A model generated the notes under the pieces. It searched no databases, had not been told where the DNA came from, and worked only from the letters and a program-made list of their open reading frames with translations. 46,450 nucleotides of DNA, taken from NCBI GenBank assembly GCA_024399755.1, contig JAKSNN010000001.1:1-46450 (forward strand). The letters run 5' to 3'. A program made the position numbers and the translations under genes. Every line of letters begins with the position of its first letter. Within the stretch, counting starts at the first letter, position 1. This document shows, one piece after another, positions 8,691-18,751 of this stretch. Source of the DNA: Paludibacteraceae bacterium. Its GTDB lineage: Bacteria; Bacteroidota; Bacteroidia; Bacteroidales; Paludibacteraceae.

Positions 8691-10136
8691 ATGAAAAACT
8701 TACAACCTCAAGGCGTATGGAATAATTTCTATAGCCTTACACAGATTCCCCGTCCATCGGGAAAGAAAGAAGAGATTAGCCAATTCTTGGCAAACTATGG
8801 TCGTAGCCTAGGCTTGGAGACTATTGTTGATAAAATGGGTAATGTGATTATCCGCAAACCTGCTTCTGCCGGTTACGAGAACCACCCCGGGGTGATTCTG
8901 CAAGGTCACATGGATATGGTACCACAGAAGAATGCCGATACTAAATTCGACTTCGAGAAAGGCGCTATTCGCGCGTACGTGGAAGAAAATAAGGAGTGGG
9001 TTACCGCTGACGGCACTACGTTAGGTGCTGATAATGGTATCGGCGTTGCTACGGCTATGGCTATCTTGGCAGATAAATCCGTTGTTCACCCGCCGTTAGA
9101 GGCTTTCTTTACCGTAGATGAGGAGACAGGCATGTATGGCGCTTTCGCTTTGGAAGGCGGTATGCTGCAAGGCAAAACGTTGCTTAATCTCGACTCTGAG
9201 CAAGAGGGCGAACTCTACGTAGGTTGCGCCGGTGGTGTAGACGGTACGGCTAAATTCGACTTCACACCTGTTGAGGTAGAAAAAGGAGACATCGCTCTCC
9301 GTATCAGCCTGAAGGGCTGCAAAGGTGGTCACTCCGGGTGTGATATTCACTTGCAACGCGCTAACGCAATCAAACTGTTGTTCCGTTTCCTGAAAGACGC
9401 TGTAGCCAATTGTGAGGCTCGCTTGGCAGATGTAGAGGGCGGTAGCCTGAGAAACGCTATTCCTCGTGAGGCTTTTGCTACCATCACGATTCCTGCTGAA
9501 GGGAAAGATGATATGATGGAGTTGGTCGCAGATTATGAGGATTTGTTCATTCGTGAATACGATGGTGTAGAAGACAATATATCTCTCACGGCAGAAGAAA
9601 TTGCTTGCCCTAAGACCGAACTGCCGGAAGATGTGCAAGACTTCCTCATTCACGCTATTACGGCTTGCCCTCACGGCGTATATCGTATGATTCCGGAGAT
9701 GCCTGACGTAGTAGAAACCAGTAACAACCTTGCCATGATTCGTATGGACGAGAAGGAGATTGTAGTTTGCTGCCTAACCCGTTCTTCAGTGGAATCGCGT
9801 AAGGAGGAACTGCAAGAGATTATCCAATCTGTATTCTCCATAGCAGGTGCAACTATCGAGTTTACCGGTAGTTATCCGGGTTGGAAACCTAACTTGAAGA
9901 GCCGTATCTTAGAGGTTATGCAGAAAGTCTATAAAGACGAATTTGGAGAGACCCCCCGTATCATTACGATTCACGCAGGCTTGGAGTGCGGTATCATCGG
10001 TAGAAACTACCCCGGTATGGAGATGATTTCCTTCGGTCCTACGATTGAGCACCCGCACTCACCCGATGAGCGCGTGAATATCGCTACGGTACAGAAATTC
10101 TACAAGTACGTTTTGGCAACTCTGAAAAGCCTCTAA
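8691..10136 (+). CDS. pepD: Aminoacyl-histidine (Xaa-His) dipeptidase, M20 family
   Basis: 481 aa with metal-ligand motifs LQGHMDMV and GADNGIGVA and PepD-like length and layout. Confidence 0.9.
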   Translation: MKNLQPQGVWNNFYSLTQIPRPSGKKEEISQFLANYGRSLGLETIVDKMGNVIIRKPASAGYENHPGVILQGHMDMVPQKNADTKFDFEKGAIRAYVEENKEWVTADGTTLGADNGIGVATAMAILADKSVVHPPLEAFFTVDEETGMYGAFALEGGMLQGKTLLNLDSEQEGELYVGCAGGVDGTAKFDFTPVEVEKGDIALRISLKGCKGGHSGCDIHLQRANAIKLLFRFLKDAVANCEARLADVEGGSLRNAIPREAFATITIPAEGKDDMMELVADYEDLFIREYDGVEDNISLTAEEIACPKTELPEDVQDFLIHAITACPHGVYRMIPEMPDVVETSNNLAMIRMDEKEIVVCCLTRSSVESRKEELQEIIQSVFSIAGATIEFTGSYPGWKPNLKSRILEVMQKVYKDEFGETPRIITIHAGLECGIIGRNYPGMEMISFGPTIEHPHSPDERVNIATVQKFYKYVLATLKSL

Positions 10137-10169
10137 CCGACAGCACCAATCTATCCGATTTGCAACGCA

Positions 10170-10814
10170 ATGAAGATTATTGCCCCCTCCATATTGTCGG
10201 CTGACTTTGGCAATCTGCGCGGAGCGGTTGAGATGATTAACCGTTCCGAGGCAGAGTGGCTGCACGTAGATGTGATGGACGGTGTGTTTGTACCGAATAT
10301 ATCATTCGGTTTTCCTGTAATGGAGCCCTTGAAACGATATAGCACCAAGCCGTTAGACGTGCATCTTATGATTACGCACCCAGAGAAATATGTGGAGCGT
10401 TTTTGCGATGCAGGAGCATGGAGCGTCGGTTTCCACTTAGAAGCCACAGACGACCCGATACCTGCATTGGAGATGATTCGCAAGAAAGGCGCAAGGACAT
10501 GCCTAACTATCAACCCCGATATTGATGTGCATCGTCTTGACCCGTATCTTGACAAGGTAGATATGGTATTGCTGATGTCGGTATTTGCCGGATTTGGCGG
10601 GCAGAAGTTTATTCCCGAAACGATGGATAAGATTCGGTACGTGCGGGCGCAAATCAAGCAACGCGGACTGGAAACTCTGCTTGAAGTAGATGGCGGGGTG
10701 AATACGGCGAATGCGGGCGAAATCTTTGCTGCCGGAGCAGATGCTTTGGTAGCGGGGAGTGCTGTCTTTAAGGCAGATGACCCGTTACAGGTAATTCGTA
10801 GTATGAAAGCATAA
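10170..10814 (+). CDS. rpe: Ribulose-phosphate 3-epimerase
   Basis: 214 aa, starting MKIIAPSILSADF and containing HVDVMDGVFVPNISFG. Confidence 0.95.
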   Translation: MKIIAPSILSADFGNLRGAVEMINRSEAEWLHVDVMDGVFVPNISFGFPVMEPLKRYSTKPLDVHLMITHPEKYVERFCDAGAWSVGFHLEATDDPIPALEMIRKKGARTCLTINPDIDVHRLDPYLDKVDMVLLMSVFAGFGGQKFIPETMDKIRYVRAQIKQRGLETLLEVDGGVNTANAGEIFAAGADALVAGSAVFKADDPLQVIRSMKA

Positions 10815-10820
10815 AAGGCT

Positions 10821-12260
10821 ATGAGACGATATCCGATGGCAGTCCTATTGCTGCCACTTATCGTGGGCATATTATGGTGCCACTTCGTCCATTCGCCAAT
10901 TGATTTGTTACAAAGCACGGAGGTCAAATACTTGGACTCCGTGCATATTTTTAAGGTGGCAGTACGCGACTTTCCTCGCGAGTGCAAGAAGACATGGCAA
11001 TACGAGGTAGATATTCTGCTGTTGCAAGACTCCGCTACGATAATCCGTACGCACGAGCGCGCGTACCTCTATATACATAAAGACAGCCTGCGGCAAATGC
11101 CAGAAATGGGCGATACGCTTTGGGTACAGACGGCTTTTCGACGTGGGCAGAAGATTGGAGATTTCGATTACGGACTCTATCTGCGTAGGCAGGGGCTTAT
11201 CGGAAGCGGGTATGTGCCGTCACATAGATGGACTATGGCTGCGCAAGGTAAGACCGATTACTATAACCCACGATATTGGCAATATCGCTTGAGAGAGCGC
11301 TATCGTGCTTTTGGTATCGAGGAAGACGAATTAGCCACTTTATCTGCTTTGACATTAGGTTATAAGGAAGATTTAGACACGTCCTTAAAACGGAGTTTTC
11401 AACGTGCAGGGGCAGCACATATATTGGCAGTCAGCGGACTGCATACGGGTATCATCTATTCCGTGATTCTGCTGTTGCTGAACGTCTTTGGCTTTTATCC
11501 TCCCTTGTATGAGGAAAAAGGAAGACGAATCGTAAATGGAGTGGTGTGTATCATACTTTTGTGGGGGTATGCTCTCCTGACGGGAATGACTCCTTCGGTA
11601 GTTCGAAGTGTAGTGATGTTCTCGTTGGTGGAGATTGCAAGAATGGCTTATCGGCAGCCTGTATCGCTCAATACCGTGATGGCGGCAGCGTTTCTGATAT
11701 TGGCGTTCCGTCCTAACGACTTGTTTTCGGTGAGTTTTCAACTGAGTTTTGCTGCTGTTGTAGCCATCGTGCTTGGATTAGAATGGTTGCCAAAGATACA
11801 TCTTTCGCAACGTATGAGAGCATCAAAATGGCATAAACCATTGATATATGTATGGGAGGTTGTGGTTGTCAGTCTATTAGCACAATTGGGGACTATGCCT
11901 CTATGCCTGTATTATTTTGGGCAGACAAGCAACTGGTTTTTGCTGACTAACCTTGTGGTGATACCTTTGGCATGGCTTATTGTGGTAGTAGCGGTAGTGC
12001 TACTGACTATCGGTTGGATACCGCAGGTCGGGATATTGATAGCGTATGTAGAGAGTTGGTTGGTGAAGGGACTGAACGGATATGTAACGTGGGTGGAACA
12101 ATTGCCGGGTGCTGTCACCGAAATCCGCACTTCGTGGCAAATGGCAGTATTGTTATACGTAGCCATAGCAACAGGTGTCTTGACCTTGAAGCATAGCCGT
12201 TGGTGGCTAATAGCAACAGGCATAACATTAGCAGATTTCTGCTATCTATATACTTTATAA
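10821..12260 (+). CDS. ComEC/Rec2-family membrane protein (no metallo-beta-lactamase domain)
   Basis: 479 aa and polytopic, with the competence-domain motif AGAAHILAVSGLHTG. It ends after the membrane domain. Confidence 0.85.
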   Translation: MRRYPMAVLLLPLIVGILWCHFVHSPIDLLQSTEVKYLDSVHIFKVAVRDFPRECKKTWQYEVDILLLQDSATIIRTHERAYLYIHKDSLRQMPEMGDTLWVQTAFRRGQKIGDFDYGLYLRRQGLIGSGYVPSHRWTMAAQGKTDYYNPRYWQYRLRERYRAFGIEEDELATLSALTLGYKEDLDTSLKRSFQRAGAAHILAVSGLHTGIIYSVILLLLNVFGFYPPLYEEKGRRIVNGVVCIILLWGYALLTGMTPSVVRSVVMFSLVEIARMAYRQPVSLNTVMAAAFLILAFRPNDLFSVSFQLSFAAVVAIVLGLEWLPKIHLSQRMRASKWHKPLIYVWEVVVVSLLAQLGTMPLCLYYFGQTSNWFLLTNLVVIPLAWLIVVVAVVLLTIGWIPQVGILIAYVESWLVKGLNGYVTWVEQLPGAVTEIRTSWQMAVLLYVAIATGVLTLKHSRWWLIATGITLADFCYLYTL

Positions 12261-12283
12261 AGAGAGAAAATAGTTATAAAAAT

Positions 12284-13369
12284 ATGAAATCGTATTTATT
12301 ATCAGAATTAAGTGCGCTAGTGGAAGCGACATTAACGGAGGCTTTGCCTGATACATATTGGGTGCAGGCAGAGGTGGCTTCGCTATCCGAGAAAAGCGGA
12401 CATGGGTATTTTGACCTTGTAGAAAAGGGAAAGAATGGTATGCTTGCTGCAAAAATGCGTGCGACGTGTTGGAGCAATATTTTCCCTATGTTGTCCACTT
12501 ATTTTACACAAGAAACGGGTTGCTCGTTGCAAGCAGGAATGCAGATATTGGTGGAAGTAGAGGTGCAATATCATAGTGTTTATGGATTGTCTCTCAATAT
12601 CGTGAATATTGATCCTCGTTTTACGATAGGCGATTTAGCGCGTCAGCGTCAGCAGACGATACAGCAACTCATTAGCGATGGCGTTATGGGCATGCAGAGC
12701 GAACTCCGTTTGCCTACGCTATGCCAACGCATAGCCGTTATTTCAGCAGAGACTGCGGCCGGATATGGCGATTTCTGCGACCAATTGGTCCATAGCGGAT
12801 ATAGGTTTATTCCTACGTTGTTCCCTGCTGTGATGCAAGGCGATAAAGCAGAGCAATCGATTTTGCAGGCACTCAACGCCATTGCAAAGCAAGACGATGC
12901 GTTTGATACCGTAGTAATTATTCGCGGTGGCGGTGCGACAACAGATTTAAGTTGTTTTGATAGTTATACCTTATGTGCTACTTGTGCGCAGTTCCCACTT
13001 CCTATTTTGACAGGCATCGGTCATACGCGCGATGTATCGGTATTGGATATGGTAGCGCATCAAGCTCTTAAAACACCGACAGCAGTAGCCGCTTTCTTGA
13101 TAGATAAGTCGGCTGCGGAGAGTGAGCGTGTGCAACTGCTACGCAATCGTTTGCGTCAAACTGCAGAAAGGCAGATACTTATTCGGCGGCATCGAATAGA
13201 GATGCTACAACAACGTATCGCCCTTTCGTCACCGGAAAGGATTTATAAAATGGGTTATTCGCTAACTACCCTCAACGGCAAAGTAGTGCGTTGCACTAAT
13301 GATATCGCACAGGGACAACTTCTTACCACGCATTTGATAGATGGTGAGGTTCAATCTATTGTACAATGA
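12284..13369 (+). CDS. xseA: Exodeoxyribonuclease VII large subunit
   Basis: N-terminal OB region (YWVQAEVASLSEKSGHGYFDLVEK) and IIRGGGATTDL. The ATG at 12284 is preferred over the ORF-track start at 12200, which overlaps ComEC. Confidence 0.9.
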   Translation: MKSYLLSELSALVEATLTEALPDTYWVQAEVASLSEKSGHGYFDLVEKGKNGMLAAKMRATCWSNIFPMLSTYFTQETGCSLQAGMQILVEVEVQYHSVYGLSLNIVNIDPRFTIGDLARQRQQTIQQLISDGVMGMQSELRLPTLCQRIAVISAETAAGYGDFCDQLVHSGYRFIPTLFPAVMQGDKAEQSILQALNAIAKQDDAFDTVVIIRGGGATTDLSCFDSYTLCATCAQFPLPILTGIGHTRDVSVLDMVAHQALKTPTAVAAFLIDKSAAESERVQLLRNRLRQTAERQILIRRHRIEMLQQRIALSSPERIYKMGYSLTTLNGKVVRCTNDIAQGQLLTTHLIDGEVQSIVQ

Positions 13370-14277
13370 AATTATCCGTTATCAGCAAATCACAATGGAT
13401 AGGTGCTGCTATCTTAGTCGGCATGGTGGTTGCCGTCATTGTGTTTGTGCATATCGTGCCACAACGAGAGGTTACTCCAGATTTATCATCGGTAGATAGT
13501 GTCCTGATTGACAGCGTTTCCAAGCGTAGAAAACCTTATTATCGGCACAAGAAATACAGTTATCCGCGTGATACTATAGCGCTTTGTTTGCAACCTTTTG
13601 ATCCCAATACGGCAGATAGCATGACATTGCTGCAGGTGGGTTTGCGTCCGTGGCAGATACGGAATATGCTCAAGTACAGAGCAAAAAATGGAAGGTGGCG
13701 CAAGAAGGAAGACTTAAAGCGACTATATGGTATGAATGATAGTCTGTATGCGATGTTAGAACCATATATTTGTATAGACACGGTGACTTTTTCCACCTGT
13801 GAAAGGGAGGTTGATACAGTAGCCACTACCAAACGTGATACTGTCATTGAACTCAATTCGGCTGATATAGCAACGCTGCAGCGGATTCGAGGTATAGGAA
13901 GAGGTGTGGCGCTACGTATCGTAAAATACCGCAATGATTTGGGCGGGTTTGTATCGCCAGAGCAGGTTCGAGAAATCGACAAATTGCAGCAGATGGATAG
14001 GGATAGTACAATTTATTTCTGGTTGGATTCGATCATTCCTTACCTCACTGCCGATAGTAATTCTATACGTAAGATTAAGGTGAATCAAACAAGTCTTGAC
14101 CGCTTAGTGCGCCACCCCTATCTTACGTATCCGCAAGCAGAGGTTATCTATAAACGAATGTTAAGCAGGAAGATACGGAGTATTGACGATTTGCGCGGAC
14201 TGCCCGAATTACCTGATTCGGTACTGACGAAGATTGCTCCTTATCTTGATTTCTCTCCAAGAAAACGAGATAGATAG
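13366..14277 (+). CDS. Membrane-anchored ComEA-like protein with three helix-hairpin-helix repeats
   Basis: 303 aa with an N-terminal TM segment. One clear HhH is LNSADIATLQRIRGIGRGVALRIVKYR, with two degenerate copies. The start overlaps the xseA stop (ATGA). Confidence 0.7.
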   Translation: MKLSVISKSQWIGAAILVGMVVAVIVFVHIVPQREVTPDLSSVDSVLIDSVSKRRKPYYRHKKYSYPRDTIALCLQPFDPNTADSMTLLQVGLRPWQIRNMLKYRAKNGRWRKKEDLKRLYGMNDSLYAMLEPYICIDTVTFSTCEREVDTVATTKRDTVIELNSADIATLQRIRGIGRGVALRIVKYRNDLGGFVSPEQVREIDKLQQMDRDSTIYFWLDSIIPYLTADSNSIRKIKVNQTSLDRLVRHPYLTYPQAEVIYKRMLSRKIRSIDDLRGLPELPDSVLTKIAPYLDFSPRKRDR

Positions 14278-15188
14278 ATTTGCTCAGGTTGACCGGGAGT
14301 GGGGTGCAGTTCTGCTTTATCTAATAGATGCAATGTGGCTAAATCCATAATAGTGGAATAGCCGCTGCGGGCGATAATCGTTTTTGCAGATTGTAGGTAC
14401 GCCACTAAGGTAAGATCGTCAATGTGAGAGGCGAGGGTAAGATTATCCAATTGGAGTTTTGTGTTCGGCTCGGCAACGAGTCCGCGAATAATCAAGACAC
14501 GCTCCTTTTGGTGCATAAAGCGTGTGATAAGTTCCTTTTCAAAGAGTGTGCGCTGCGGTTCTAATCCGGATAGAACGGCAACAATATCGTAGGTCTCGGT
14601 GGCGGAAGAGGCCGGTTGCTTCGTAGAAAAGCGTGATAGCAAACCGATATAACGGGCGTGGTGAGGTGTATGTTTCGGGTGACCGAGTATACCTGACAAT
14701 CCGTCTTGGGCAAGGTCGGGTACCCAAATCTCATCATAGCGATTGCTGATGGCGCGATGAACAGCGCTGCATAACGGCTCAAGCCAATGCCAGCCGTCGG
14801 GCAGGCAGATATGTAATTGGTGGGTGATATATACGCAACGTGTTAGGCGAGAGAAAAGCCCAAAGCGGTTGTCGGAAACAACCAAATCGAATGTTTCACG
14901 TTGGAGCAAGTCGTTAAGTATATGATGATCAATCCAAGCGAAGCGAAATAGTTGTGGAAGGGCTTTTAACATCGCAAGAACCTGACTTTGCGAAGCCGAA
15001 TAACGCAATTGCAAAGAGGCTAACCCGATAGTTCGTAGTTGCGGGAAGTGTTGCGCCAAAAGGGTCAGCGAGTTTCCATCACCTCCTAATACCACCTCAT
15101 CGCCTTTCGCAAGGTAATCGCGTATGAGCGGTATGCAGCGGGAAGCATGACCTAATCCCCAATTAAGTGGCGCAACGAGAATCTTCAT
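14241..15188 (-). CDS. MurG-like (GT28/GT1-type) glycosyltransferase, substrate unknown
   Basis: 315 aa with an N-terminus MKILVAPLNWGLGHASRC typical of this GT-B family. It makes a convergent 37-nt overlap with the previous CDS. Confidence 0.7.
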   Translation of the reverse strand: MKILVAPLNWGLGHASRCIPLIRDYLAKGDEVVLGGDGNSLTLLAQHFPQLRTIGLASLQLRYSASQSQVLAMLKALPQLFRFAWIDHHILNDLLQRETFDLVVSDNRFGLFSRLTRCVYITHQLHICLPDGWHWLEPLCSAVHRAISNRYDEIWVPDLAQDGLSGILGHPKHTPHHARYIGLLSRFSTKQPASSATETYDIVAVLSGLEPQRTLFEKELITRFMHQKERVLIIRGLVAEPNTKLQLDNLTLASHIDDLTLVAYLQSAKTIIARSGYSTIMDLATLHLLDKAELHPTPGQPEQIYLSRFLGEKSR

Positions 15189-15194
15189 AATAAG

Positions 15195-15983
15195 TCAGGC
15201 GCAAACAATCACTTTATAGCCTTTGTTGCGTAAGGGCGAGGCGATAGTTTCCATCTCCTCACGGGAAATCTTAGATAAGGTCTGTACGGGGGTAGCGCGA
15301 TCAATGACATAAATCATAATCTCTGCAGGGTGCAACTCGTCCACGGCTTGATACCAAGCAGCAAGTTCCGCAGGCGTGGTGTTGTCGATATGTACTTTAG
15401 GGGCTGCGGTATTAGAAGTAGGTGTACTATATGCAGGGACATCACCGCGAAGGAAACAAGTTTGTAAGATAAAGTCCCCGTCGAATTGGGCTATCCATTG
15501 CTTGATTGTAGCGACGGAGAGGTCATGGTTGACTGGGCGGTCAATCAGGCGCATCGTCTCGTCAATAGCAGAATCCAGTTTGAGGATACGGTTATCGCAC
15601 ATCTTGAGCGCACGAACAACATCAGGTCTGCCTAATTGTGTGGAATTGCTGAGTACACTCACTTTTGCCTCCGGGCAAAAGCGGTCGCGTAGCGCACATG
15701 TATCAGCAATAATTCCCTCAAACTCAGGATGTAGGGTGGGCTCTCCATTGCCAGAAAACGTGATAACATCTAAATGTTGATTTTGCAACTTCGCATCTAA
15801 GGCTTGGCTCACTTCGGCGCGAGAAGGTAAAGCGGGGTGAACAGCAGGCTGATTGAACCCGCATTCACAATAAACACAATCAAAGGTGCAACGTTTTTCC
15901 GTTGTGGGCATGAGATTCATTCCAAGCGAGATGCCTAAACGGCGAGAATGAATAGGTCCGTAAACAATTTCATCAAAAAGCAT
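15195..15983 (-). CDS. Radical SAM protein
   Basis: 262 aa with the CxxxCxxC cluster motif CTFDCVYCEC near the N-terminus. Confidence 0.8.
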   Translation of the reverse strand: MLFDEIVYGPIHSRRLGISLGMNLMPTTEKRCTFDCVYCECGFNQPAVHPALPSRAEVSQALDAKLQNQHLDVITFSGNGEPTLHPEFEGIIADTCALRDRFCPEAKVSVLSNSTQLGRPDVVRALKMCDNRILKLDSAIDETMRLIDRPVNHDLSVATIKQWIAQFDGDFILQTCFLRGDVPAYSTPTSNTAAPKVHIDNTTPAELAAWYQAVDELHPAEIMIYVIDRATPVQTLSKISREEMETIASPLRNKGYKVIVCA

Positions 15984-15999
15984 AAGAAAGTAAATTATT

Positions 16000-18012
16000 C
16001 TAAATGGTAATTACTCTGTCTCCAAGCAATTGACAGATTTGACTTTTATATGAGAATAGTCGGTTTTGCAGGTTGAGCAAATCAAATTGCGCTTCCACGG
16101 GTGCAGAAGAGAGTTGCTGTGTCACTTCATTGATGCGTAGATTGACAATAGACAACTTGAGTTCCAATAGCAATTGCGGGATAATTTCTTGCAAATGGGC
16201 TTCCTCTCCTACTTGCGCATTGTCAATTTGTACGTTCTCGGAAATAGACTGTTTAGCAAAGAGTTTGCTGAGTTGGTAGTTATCGGCAATCAACTCTACA
16301 GCAAATTGGCTAATGGCAATATCGGGATGGAACTTATAAAAACGTTCTGCTACAAAACCTTCTTCTTGAGAGTGCTGGCGATATTCGTCCAATATCTGTA
16401 CGAATAAGGTGTTTGTTGGAACAATTTGGTCGCCATCTAATTGCGAGACGATATATTCGCCCGTTGTGATGGTTTTGTCCTCTTGCACAAATAGCGGTTT
16501 GTCGCCATAGCGCACCAACATTCGAATAAGATTACGGAAGTTTTCTTCGAGTTTCTGCTCGTGACGATTGGTGTCGGGGTGTGAGATAGTCTTTTCGGGG
16601 GTTAGAGCCGTAGATTGTTGCTCCAAACGCTGCTTGAGGTCGGCTTGTTTGGCAGCATCTTCCCGTTTCTGTCTGCGTAAGCGTTCTACCTCACGAATCA
16701 ACAAATCTTCTCCGATATGAAGTCTGCGTGCCGTGTCTTGAATATATACTTGGCGTGTAATCGGGTCAACGATTTGAGCAATGGAACCAACGACATCATG
16801 AATGAGTTCGCTGCGTTTCTGCAAATCATTACCACTTTCTTTTCCCATCAGTTGCGTCTTGAAATGGATAAAGTCCGTCTGATGGGACTGGATATACTCG
16901 ATGAAATCGGAAGCATTATGATTTCGCGCGTAGGAGTCAGGGTCTTCGCCATCGGGCAAAAGGACCACTTTCACATTAAAGCCTTTCTCCAAGAACATAT
17001 CAATACCCCGAATGGCAGCATGAATGCCTGCCGCATCGCCATCGTACAGCACGGTGATGTTGGAGGTAAAGCGTTTTATCAACAAAATCTGCTTCTCGGT
17101 GAGGGCTGTTCCTCCACTACATACAACATTCTCAATACCTGCTTGATACATCGAAAGCACGTCCATCTGTCCTTCTACCAGATAGCAAAGGTCAGTCCTA
17201 CTGATAGCCTGCTTTGCGAAATACAGACCATATAGTTCGTTGGTCTTGGAATATACGATGGAATCGGGAGAATTAACATATTTGCCGACGGCTTTTTCGT
17301 TCCCATCTTTATCGTATTTCTTCTTCAAGATACGTCCCGCAAAAGCCACAGTCTTGCCACTGACGGTATGAATCGGGAAAATAACACGGTCGCGGAAGCG
17401 GTCGTATATCCTCCCATCATCAGATTTGCCACAGACTCCCGTACCGATTTTGGTATCTACATCGTTCAGGATATATTTGTCGATGAAGCCCTGTTGCTTC
17501 AGTTCCTTGGCTAATAGGTTGCCTTTATCGGGCGAGTAACCTAACTGGAATTTACGGATAGTGTCTTCGCGGAGACCTCGCTCACGGAAATAACTCATAG
17601 CCACGGCTTGCCCTATTTCGGTATCCCATAATTGGGATTGAAACCACTTATTAGCGGCCTCGTTCACAACGAACATAGATTCACGGTCGTCTTGGAGTTG
17701 CTGTTCTTCTTTCGTCAGTTCGCGTTCCTCTATCTCGATATGATACTTTTTTGCTACTTGACGGACCGCATCTGCAAAGCCGCATTGTTCAATCTCCATG
17801 ATGAAACCGATAGCATGCCCCGACTTACCACAGCCAAAGCACTTGTAGATTCCTTTTGAAGGAGAGACTGTGAACGACCCCGTCTTTTCGGTATGGAAGG
17901 GGCATAGACCAATCATATTTGCGCCGCGTTTGCGTAGCGTAACATAATCGCCAACCACTTCTTCTATCTTGGCAGCGGAAAATACTTTATCAACTGTTTC
18001 TCGCGGTATCAT
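16000..18012 (-). CDS. dnaG: DNA primase
   Basis: 670 aa with the zinc finger CPFHTEKTGSFTVSPSKGIYKCFGCG and TOPRIM motifs EGQMDVLS and LYDGDAAG. Confidence 0.95.
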   Translation of the reverse strand: MIPRETVDKVFSAAKIEEVVGDYVTLRKRGANMIGLCPFHTEKTGSFTVSPSKGIYKCFGCGKSGHAIGFIMEIEQCGFADAVRQVAKKYHIEIEERELTKEEQQLQDDRESMFVVNEAANKWFQSQLWDTEIGQAVAMSYFRERGLREDTIRKFQLGYSPDKGNLLAKELKQQGFIDKYILNDVDTKIGTGVCGKSDDGRIYDRFRDRVIFPIHTVSGKTVAFAGRILKKKYDKDGNEKAVGKYVNSPDSIVYSKTNELYGLYFAKQAISRTDLCYLVEGQMDVLSMYQAGIENVVCSGGTALTEKQILLIKRFTSNITVLYDGDAAGIHAAIRGIDMFLEKGFNVKVVLLPDGEDPDSYARNHNASDFIEYIQSHQTDFIHFKTQLMGKESGNDLQKRSELIHDVVGSIAQIVDPITRQVYIQDTARRLHIGEDLLIREVERLRRQKREDAAKQADLKQRLEQQSTALTPEKTISHPDTNRHEQKLEENFRNLIRMLVRYGDKPLFVQEDKTITTGEYIVSQLDGDQIVPTNTLFVQILDEYRQHSQEEGFVAERFYKFHPDIAISQFAVELIADNYQLSKLFAKQSISENVQIDNAQVGEEAHLQEIIPQLLLELKLSIVNLRINEVTQQLSSAPVEAQFDLLNLQNRLFSYKSQICQLLGDRVITI

Positions 18013-18018
18013 TGCTTA

Positions 18019-18747
18019 TTAGTTTTTCCAGAGGAATACACCGAATTTAACTTGCCACTGGTCTAAACGTCCACGTGTATTGCGGTCTTTCATACCAATT
18101 TTCTCGAAGTTATCAAAGTTGTAAGGGTTAATCAGACCGAAATCATATCCGCCACGAATGAAGTAGCGGTCGTATTGAAAACCGGCGCCAATGCCCCATG
18201 TGACATTAAGACGCTTATAGTCTTGTTGCAAATCAGCATCATCGTAATCAAAGCAAGAGATAGTCGTCTTGGTAGGGTCACCATTTTCGGAGTTCTTCTC
18301 AAAGACGGTACTGCTCATGGCTACGTTGCACTGGATAGTAGGTCCCGTATATAAAAGGATATACGTATCTTTGGCGATGCAGAACTTATATTGCCAATCT
18401 ACGAAAATCTCCAAGGCGTGCAATTGCGAGCGATTACGCGTTTTCGGCCAAATGGAGAGTTCGTTCTTTTGAGTCCAAGCCGTTGAACAACCTCCATAGG
18501 TGTAGTTCAGCCCTATCATAGAGCCAAATCCTTTTACGTAGGTGGCTTCGTAGAATAGACCTACTTTCAGTCCGTTAAAGGCAGTTCTACTCAGTTTGCT
18601 TTTGTCCTCAGCCTCTTCTGCCGGCGAATTGAGACGCAAGTTCGGTTGGGCAAAACCGATATGCAAACCGAACCCTTGTGTTCCCTCTTGGGCAAATGTC
18701 AGCGTAGCGCAGAGGCTTAGCAGTACAATAAATGTGTAACGTTTCAT
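18019..18747 (-). CDS. Outer-membrane beta-barrel (porin/PorT-like) protein
   Basis: 242 aa with signal peptide ...TFAQ and alternating aromatic/Gly beta-strand pattern throughout. Confidence 0.65.
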   Translation of the reverse strand: MKRYTFIVLLSLCATLTFAQEGTQGFGLHIGFAQPNLRLNSPAEEAEDKSKLSRTAFNGLKVGLFYEATYVKGFGSMIGLNYTYGGCSTAWTQKNELSIWPKTRNRSQLHALEIFVDWQYKFCIAKDTYILLYTGPTIQCNVAMSSTVFEKNSENGDPTKTTISCFDYDDADLQQDYKRLNVTWGIGAGFQYDRYFIRGGYDFGLINPYNFDNFEKIGMKDRNTRGRLDQWQVKFGVFLWKN

Positions 18748-18751
18748 AGTA

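Noticed and set aside
12200-12283. N-terminal extensions in the ORF track (12200, 28398, 29879, 34336, 36091, 40842, 44052, 22549, 21675, 4409, 39222, 39367).
   Set aside because: The extensions overlap the preceding gene, a promoter box or a terminator, or they begin with TTG/GTG. An in-frame ATG that starts a proper signal peptide or a conserved N-terminus lies just downstream, so I trimmed the coordinates accordingly.
13366-14277. The gene after xseA as xseB (exonuclease VII small subunit).
   Set aside because: The product is 303 aa with a TM segment and HhH repeats, not the ~70-80-aa coiled-coil XseB. xseB must lie elsewhere.
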